DNA from: Faecalibacterium sp.
Lineage (GTDB): Bacteria; Bacillota; Clostridia; Oscillospirales; Ruminococcaceae
Assembly: GCA_050873025.1 (NCBI GenBank)
Contig: JBNMHZ010000015.1
Span: 15-64,014, forward strand
Reading direction: 5' to 3'
DNA length: 64,000 nt
The notes under the pieces are model-generated. The model saw only the letters and a program-made list of their open reading frames with translations, made no database searches and was not told the origin of the DNA. Positions 58,993 through 64,000 of this stretch are shown here, piece after piece. Both the position numbers and the translations under genes were made by a program. Each line of letters opens with the position of its first letter. Position 1 is the stretch's first letter.

Positions 58993-59704
58993 GGTCTGCA
59001 CTCTGCTGCTGTCCGCTGTTCTGTGCGTCGGCATGGCCGCACCTGCTTTCGCCTACGGCGGCGATACCGAAGAAGTGAAGCCGCCCGTCCTGACGGTCAG
59101 CACGGACGAAGAAGATGCTGTCACGGTCACGGACGAGGACTCCGGTGCGCTGACGCCGGAGGGCAATCTGACGCTGGTAGATGACTACCACACATCCTAC
59201 TCGGATGGCAGCGGTCAGCAGTTCATTACGCTGGTCAGCAAGTCGGGCAATACGTTCTATCTGGTCATCGACCGGAACAGCAAGGGTGAGAATACCGTCC
59301 ACTTTATGAATCTGGTGGACGAGTCTGATCTGCTCTCTCTGATGGATGATGAGGATGCCGAAGCCTACACTGCCGAACAGGAAGCTGCGGCGCAGGCCGA
59401 GCTGGAACGCAAGCAGGCGGAAGAGGAAGCAAAAAAGGCCGAAGAAGCCGCGGCATCTGGTGCCGAGCAGCCGAAGGAGAATAAAGTCACAAAGTATGCG
59501 GCCACCTTCTTAGGTGTGCTGGCTCTGGTCGGACTAGCTGCTGGCGGCGGCATCTATGCTTTCATGAAGCAGAAACAGAAAAAGCAGGCAGAAAAAGAAG
59601 CCCTTGACCCCGATGCAGATTACACCGAGGACAAGGGCGATTTTGAGATTCCTGTAGAAGATGATTCGGACGAGGATGCCGCAGAGGACATCACGGACGA
59701 ATGA
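58976..59704 (+). CDS. Secreted/membrane-anchored DUF4366-like protein (typical of Firmicutes conjugative elements)
   Basis: The ATG at 58976 follows AAGGAGG. 242 aa with the signal peptide MKMMSKVCTLLLSAVLCVGMAAPAFA. A conserved block (GNTFYLVIDR...VHFMNLVDESDLLSLM) is present, followed by a C-terminal TM helix and an acidic tail. Confidence 0.55.
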   Translation: MKMMSKVCTLLLSAVLCVGMAAPAFAYGGDTEEVKPPVLTVSTDEEDAVTVTDEDSGALTPEGNLTLVDDYHTSYSDGSGQQFITLVSKSGNTFYLVIDRNSKGENTVHFMNLVDESDLLSLMDDEDAEAYTAEQEAAAQAELERKQAEEEAKKAEEAAASGAEQPKENKVTKYAATFLGVLALVGLAAGGGIYAFMKQKQKKQAEKEALDPDADYTEDKGDFEIPVEDDSDEDAAEDITDE

Positions 59705-59734
59705 TTTTGTGGGCGGTGGTTTCCGCCTTACAAA

Positions 59735-60535
59735 TTAGGCGGGCTTTTTAGTGTCCAAAGCTTTGACCTCCTCAACGGTCAGCTTTGAATACTTTGCCAC
59801 CTTTTCATACGGCATTCCATCTGCCAGCATCTCCAAGGCGCACTCAATTCGTTCATCTTTCCGCATTTCTTCCATTGCTCTGCACATAGTTGCCACTCCC
59901 TTCGCGTCTTGCTTAAAGTATTGTACCCGATTTGCAAGCACCGGATAGAACATATCCTTTGCATCGGTACAGAAAAAGTCGTGCATCAGCTTTCCAAGCG
60001 CAGTCTCATCTTTGATCTGAGAGTTCACATAGATAATATGTGACTGGTCATTGAAAACTGCGCCGGTTTCTTCCACCATGCGGCGAATGTGGTAAATCGG
60101 CAGTCCAGCCTTTAACACATCGTTTTCGGTGATGAAGATAACATACGTCTCATTCAGTGCATCGTAGTTACTGCCCGAGCTGGTGAGGTTTGCATCCAGC
60201 AGACTGCTGTTATAGCGGGCGCGCTTTTCGCTTGCGCCTCGGTCACTGCGCTGCACCTCGATGTTATATGCACGGTTCTGCTCGTCAACGGCCAGAATAT
60301 CCAGCCGAACGGAACGTCCCTGCAAATTTTTGATGCCATATTGGCCGTGAACCTCACGAACCTTCAGATCTTCCCGCTTGAGAATGATTTGGAGCAAAAA
60401 TTCTGCACAGGCAGTATCTTCAAAAACCGCTGCCATAAAATCATCGTCGATAAGGCGCAGTCCTCTCAGACGCTGCAAGTCCTGTTCATGTTTCCGTTCA
60501 AAATCCAGCTCCTGCTGGGTTTTATCTTCAGACAT
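59735..60535 (-). CDS. PD-(D/E)XK nuclease family transposase-like (Rpn-type) protein
   Basis: 266 aa. Contains LIDDDFMAAVF and RLDILAVDEQNRAYNIEVQ (D...E.Q nuclease core). Confidence 0.6.
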   Translation of the reverse strand: MSEDKTQQELDFERKHEQDLQRLRGLRLIDDDFMAAVFEDTACAEFLLQIILKREDLKVREVHGQYGIKNLQGRSVRLDILAVDEQNRAYNIEVQRSDRGASEKRARYNSSLLDANLTSSGSNYDALNETYVIFITENDVLKAGLPIYHIRRMVEETGAVFNDQSHIIYVNSQIKDETALGKLMHDFFCTDAKDMFYPVLANRVQYFKQDAKGVATMCRAMEEMRKDERIECALEMLADGMPYEKVAKYSKLTVEEVKALDTKKPA

Positions 60536-60626
60536 GGGTTCACCCTCTTCCTATTTTCAAGAACATAGTACCATAATTCACTGTTTTTTACAAGGTGACG
60601 TTACATTAAAAAGGAGTTGATGTTTA

Positions 60627-60950
60627 TTGTCCTACCGTTTAGTAATTACCGAAAAGCCCTCCGTCGCGCAGGCTTACGCCAAAGTCCTCGGTGCAACAAA
60701 CCGTCAGGACGGCTATCTGGAGGGCGGCGGGTATCTCGTCAGTTGGTGTGTCGGCCATCTGGTAGAGCTGGCCCCGCCCAACGTGTACGATGAAAAGTAC
60801 GTCAAATGGAGCGTGGCCGACCTGCCTATCCTGCCGGAAAAGTGGCAGTACCTCGTGTCCGCTTCCACCAAGAAGCAGTTTGGCATCCTCAAAAAACTTA
60901 TGAACCGCGAGGATGTAGAAAGCATCGTCTGCGCGACCGATGCAGGATAG
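60627..60950 (+). pseudogene. DNA topoisomerase III, N-terminal Toprim fragment only (truncated)
   Basis: 107 aa (TTG start) reading YRLVITEKPSVAQAYAKVLG...LVSWCVGHLVEL...IVCATDAG. It then stops where full-length enzymes continue with REGE. The downstream sequence is unrelated. Confidence 0.75.
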
Positions 60951-61032
60951 TGCGGTTGGGTGACTTAAGAGAAAAAAAAGGACCTCATCTCGTCAAAAAA
61001 CCACCAATCAGATTATCAAAGGAGTCATTCAA

Positions 61033-61314
61033 ATGAGCCAAAATCAAAATTTCGACCGTAATAGTTCTCAAAAAGTGCTTTCCTGCCGCTACAACATAGA
61101 CACCAACCGGGTGGAAGCCCGATTTGAAGATGGCACCACCCTTTTCATTGATTGTATCGCCATTGAGGACGAGTACGGTGATACCTCAGCGCAACGAGCT
61201 GAACTGGACTGGCTACTCTACAACAAGCCCTTGGAGTATGCCCAACTTGTATTGGGTGGTGAAATTGAGCATTACCTCTCGCTCGGCTGTGACCACAGCA
61301 GGCTGGAAGATTGA
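61033..61314 (+). CDS. Hypothetical protein
   Basis: 93 aa with an AAAGGAG RBS. No family was recognised. Confidence 0.45.
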   Translation: MSQNQNFDRNSSQKVLSCRYNIDTNRVEARFEDGTTLFIDCIAIEDEYGDTSAQRAELDWLLYNKPLEYAQLVLGGEIEHYLSLGCDHSRLED

Positions 61315-61540
61315 TATACGCTGACCTTATAAAAAAGCAGCCATTCGATGTATCAAGCGATACGCCGAATGGCTGCTTTTTGTATCAATTCCAAATGAAG
61401 AATCTCCGTGTTACGGTCCAGCAGATTTCCGCTGTCAGGATGCCGCCCACTACGTCCACAAGAACGTGCTGACGAGTGGTCAAGGTTGAAGCACAGACTG
61501 CATCATAGGGATAACCGGAATTTCCCAGCATCTCTTTTAT

Positions 61541-61981
61541 TCAGGATTTTTCTACTGAAATCCGGATTCCAAATCCTCCCTCTGAGTATGCAATGCTTAT
61601 CCATGTTTCATCTTTTCTTAGCAAAACGCCTGTCGAAACGCTTTCTGAAGCCGATGCCTCTTCAGCGTATCCTAAGGTTTTCAATTGGTCAATATATTTT
61701 TGTATTTCTTCTTCAGAGATATTATTATAAAAGATTGCATAATACCCAGTATTAGAACCATCCAATATATATTCTATCGTTCCACTTTCCGGCTCACAAA
61801 TAAGCCTAGTGTATTCATTATCCGGCCAAACTGAAGTATAAATACATTTTACATCAGACGGATTGGTTCCTCCATGTGTAGCAAATTTTCCCTGACCTGA
61901 AAAACGAATGCAAAGAAAGACCAATATCAAAACTATAAAGGCAACCGCCATACTGCTAAAAAATTCCAATTTCTTATTCAT
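61541..61981 (-). CDS. Hypothetical membrane-anchored protein
   Basis: 146 aa with an N-terminal TM helix (FFSSMAVAFIVLILVFLCI). It lies in the AT-rich region. Confidence 0.5.
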   Translation of the reverse strand: MNKKLEFFSSMAVAFIVLILVFLCIRFSGQGKFATHGGTNPSDVKCIYTSVWPDNEYTRLICEPESGTIEYILDGSNTGYYAIFYNNISEEEIQKYIDQLKTLGYAEEASASESVSTGVLLRKDETWISIAYSEGGFGIRISVEKS

Positions 61982-62378
61982 TTAGCTTGCTCCATAATTC
62001 AAACGTACAAAGCCGCGATTCTTTTCTTTCGGCTCTAAAGAATCGTGGCTTTTATACGCTAAATTTCATAAATGTACCTCAACTCATGCTCAACTTGTTT
62101 TCAAGGAAATTATCTGCATTGGAATCACCTCCATCACGGTTTTCATTTTAGATGTTGATAATAGCAAAGTACAAATAGAAAAAAAATCCACGATATTGTA
62201 GCAAGACGGAGAAAAAATGCCACCAAAACGGTGTAAGCGCAAAGCAGGGATTGGTTCTTGATCTCTGTTGTGAGAGTTCACAAACGTCCGGGGTGCTGTT
62301 GCCGGAAGGATGCTTTCTTCAATTTTCTTCCAGAATTCTCTGCAAATAGCGGGCTGTTTATGCTTCTTGAGAATCCAT

Positions 62379-62789
62379 CTAGTGAATACCGACACCCTCC
62401 ATGATCTTTTCTATCCAATTTGTGGAAGAATCATTTTTCTCACTAAATGACCCCAAATAATGTGACGAACTCTCAACCTCTATTATTACACCATCCGGCA
62501 TTCTGTATTTTTCTAAACTGAGATTCAAACCTTTAAGTGGGATTGTTCTAGCCAGTTGAGGGATAGAAACTGTATGGAGAATATCAATTTTTGATAAACC
62601 TCTATACGTTTCTGTCTTTTCGGCTTCACTTAGCAACCGTTCTGCATACTGATTTGAAATAACCTGTATGCGAAATTGTTCTTTTTCATCCTCGGTCATC
62701 TCAAGTGGAACGCCGTGCAATGTGTCCACAATATAGGACGAAATTTTAGCGAAGTGCTCGTCAAAATCAGTGGTATCTTCGTTGGTCAT
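62379..62789 (-). CDS. Hypothetical protein
   Basis: 136 aa, acidic, with no recognisable domain. It lies in the AT-rich region. Confidence 0.45.
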   Translation of the reverse strand: MTNEDTTDFDEHFAKISSYIVDTLHGVPLEMTEDEKEQFRIQVISNQYAERLLSEAEKTETYRGLSKIDILHTVSIPQLARTIPLKGLNLSLEKYRMPDGVIIEVESSSHYLGSFSEKNDSSTNWIEKIMEGVGIH

Positions 62790-62949
62790 ATCTCTGTTCT
62801 ACCCTCATTATAAGCTTTCCGGTCTGCTTAAAGTTACAGCTTTCAGTGTAAAGCTTCCGTAGTTTTTTATGCTAAACGATGCTTTCACCGAAACGGTTGG
62901 TTTTTTAGGTTCACTTCCAACAGGATACGAATAGTTCATGCTATACACT

Positions 62950-63396
62950 CTAACCACGTTTTTTCTTTTCAGCAAGTATTCCGATAATAAATGAAAGTAG
63001 GAAAACGAGCAGCCAAATCAGGACTCCGTAGTGTGTCTTGAGCTGCCACGCTTTTCCTATATACATATCCGGCGTGATTTTTGTGGCGTTTATTTTGATA
63101 ATGAAATCGCCCGACACTTGTCCGATCAGAATTCCTGCCCAGTTTCCAGCCGTTGTGATAAGAGCTGCTTTATACATTTCCAGAAAACAGAAAGTAACAG
63201 ATGCAACCCATAAACACAAATAATAATGGGCTGCTGTCCATTCAAACAAGTAGATTTCATGAAACACTGTTTGAGAGAGGAGATAGCACACCACATATGC
63301 TAAAAATACGATCAGCAAAAACCTGAGACAAGTTTTCTTTTTTGATGCTGTGTTCTTCATACGGCTTTTGAAACCCATTCCAATGTGTACCGCCAT
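62950..63396 (-). CDS. Hypothetical multi-pass membrane protein
   Basis: 148 aa with about 4 TM helices. The start is ambiguous (alternative Met codons within the first 15 codons). Confidence 0.5.
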   Translation of the reverse strand: MAVHIGMGFKSRMKNTASKKKTCLRFLLIVFLAYVVCYLLSQTVFHEIYLFEWTAAHYYLCLWVASVTFCFLEMYKAALITTAGNWAGILIGQVSGDFIIKINATKITPDMYIGKAWQLKTHYGVLIWLLVFLLSFIIGILAEKKKRG

Positions 63397-63428
63397 CTTT
63401 GCGTTTCATTATAAAACAGCTTGGCTGC

Positions 63429-63938
63429 TTACTTCGATACTATTTCAACGGTTGGCATCTTGCCTTCAGATCCGAGTTCGTCATCTTCTGCAACTGTATA
63501 ACTGGTAACATTTATTGAATACATATAATCTGAAATATCTGGATTTTCTTCATCGTCTGGAAGTTCAACTTCAAAAGTCTCAAACTCAAACACATAAGAT
63601 GTTCCTTCAATCAGTTCACCAGTTAAGTCTTTCTGGAAATGAAGCAAAAATGGTCTGTCCTGAAAGAAATGAACAACCGCAACCGTTTTTCCCGGCAGCG
63701 CATAGTAATCGGGCAAGAGCTGCTCAACAGTGGCCGTAAAAGAACCCGAAAATTGTGCAAAACGCTTTTTGCTTTCGGTCATTTGCTGTTTCCCGTCATT
63801 ATACCCTGCTTCGTAGCCAGCGGCATAGCCTTCTTCGTATTCCGCATTGTGCGCATCTGAACTTTGAGCATTATTTCCGCAGCCAACCAATGTAAGTACC
63901 AGCACAAGGCAAAGAACTATTGTAGCCCTCTTTTTCAT
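63429..63938 (-). CDS. Hypothetical lipoprotein
   Basis: The ATG at 63938 gives MKKRATIVLCLVLVLTLVGCG (lipobox). 169 aa. Contains an (EGYAAGYEAGY) motif. Confidence 0.6.
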   Translation of the reverse strand: MKKRATIVLCLVLVLTLVGCGNNAQSSDAHNAEYEEGYAAGYEAGYNDGKQQMTESKKRFAQFSGSFTATVEQLLPDYYALPGKTVAVVHFFQDRPFLLHFQKDLTGELIEGTSYVFEFETFEVELPDDEENPDISDYMYSINVTSYTVAEDDELGSEGKMPTVEIVSK

Positions 63939-64000
63939 ATTGTTTCCTCTCCATATATTTTTGTGTATAATCACCAGAGAGAACGAATTATCGTTTTTTC

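Larger units (their letters stand above)
56830..64000. mobile_element. Integrative element (partial; the right end lies beyond the window)
   Basis: A tRNA 3' fragment is followed by a tyrosine integrase. Then come a divergent XRE/Cro-like pair, a conjugative-element-type DUF4366 protein and a PD-(D/E)XK transposase-like gene. A truncated topoisomerase III gene and AT-richer cargo complete the visible part. Confidence 0.7.

Noticed and set aside
62090-62395. A 101-aa minus-strand ORF.
   Set aside because: It has no RBS, overlaps the 3' end of the upstream gene, and has an odd composition. It may be a gene remnant, but that is not supportable.

Overview
This is a high-GC, Firmicutes-type chromosomal segment. 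Gene content and the intergenic repeat families suggest a Faecalibacterium-like gut Clostridia, but that is inference only and no search was possible.

Layout:
- 0-29.4 kb, housekeeping and transport: ylqC fragment, rimM, a trmD::GNAT fusion, ptsH, uvrC, a polar amino-acid ABC operon, gpsA, a ~1060-aa secreted repeat protein preceded by a G11 tract, a PLC-like protein, an MFS transporter, an M16 protease, mgtE, mglBAC-type sugar ABC genes, a TAXI binding protein plus gltS, and an NCS2 purine permease.
- 29.6-39.8 kb, the most interesting region: ten tightly packed co-directional phage morphogenesis genes (short TerS-like, TerL, portal, an in-frame Prp protease-scaffold fusion, major capsid, and five further structural proteins). 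I could not recognise any integrase, repressor, replication, lysis or long-tail gene. Host-type intergenic repeats are inserted in the block, and it ends at two degenerate tRNA-His 3' end copies that sit in inverted orientation next to an intact tRNA-His/tRNA-Arg operon. This is a candidate domesticated (GTA-like), satellite-like or relic capsid island.
- 40.4-56.7 kb: PAP2 phosphatase, a DUF1643 protein, a ParB-like/BMP-domain protein, a metallophosphoesterase, a complete sialic-acid (nan) utilisation locus with its RpiR regulator, and a GGDEF-REC-HD-GYP protein.
- 56.83 kb to the window end: an integrase-bearing integrative element abutting a tRNA 3' end fragment. It carries a truncated topoisomerase III gene and a visibly AT-richer cargo block.

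At least three families of interspersed, orientation-locked intergenic repeats (R1-R3) plus a hairpin module (R4) occur throughout the window, including one nested insertion. No CRISPR array and no rRNA were seen. All functional calls rest on motif and family recognition by eye.
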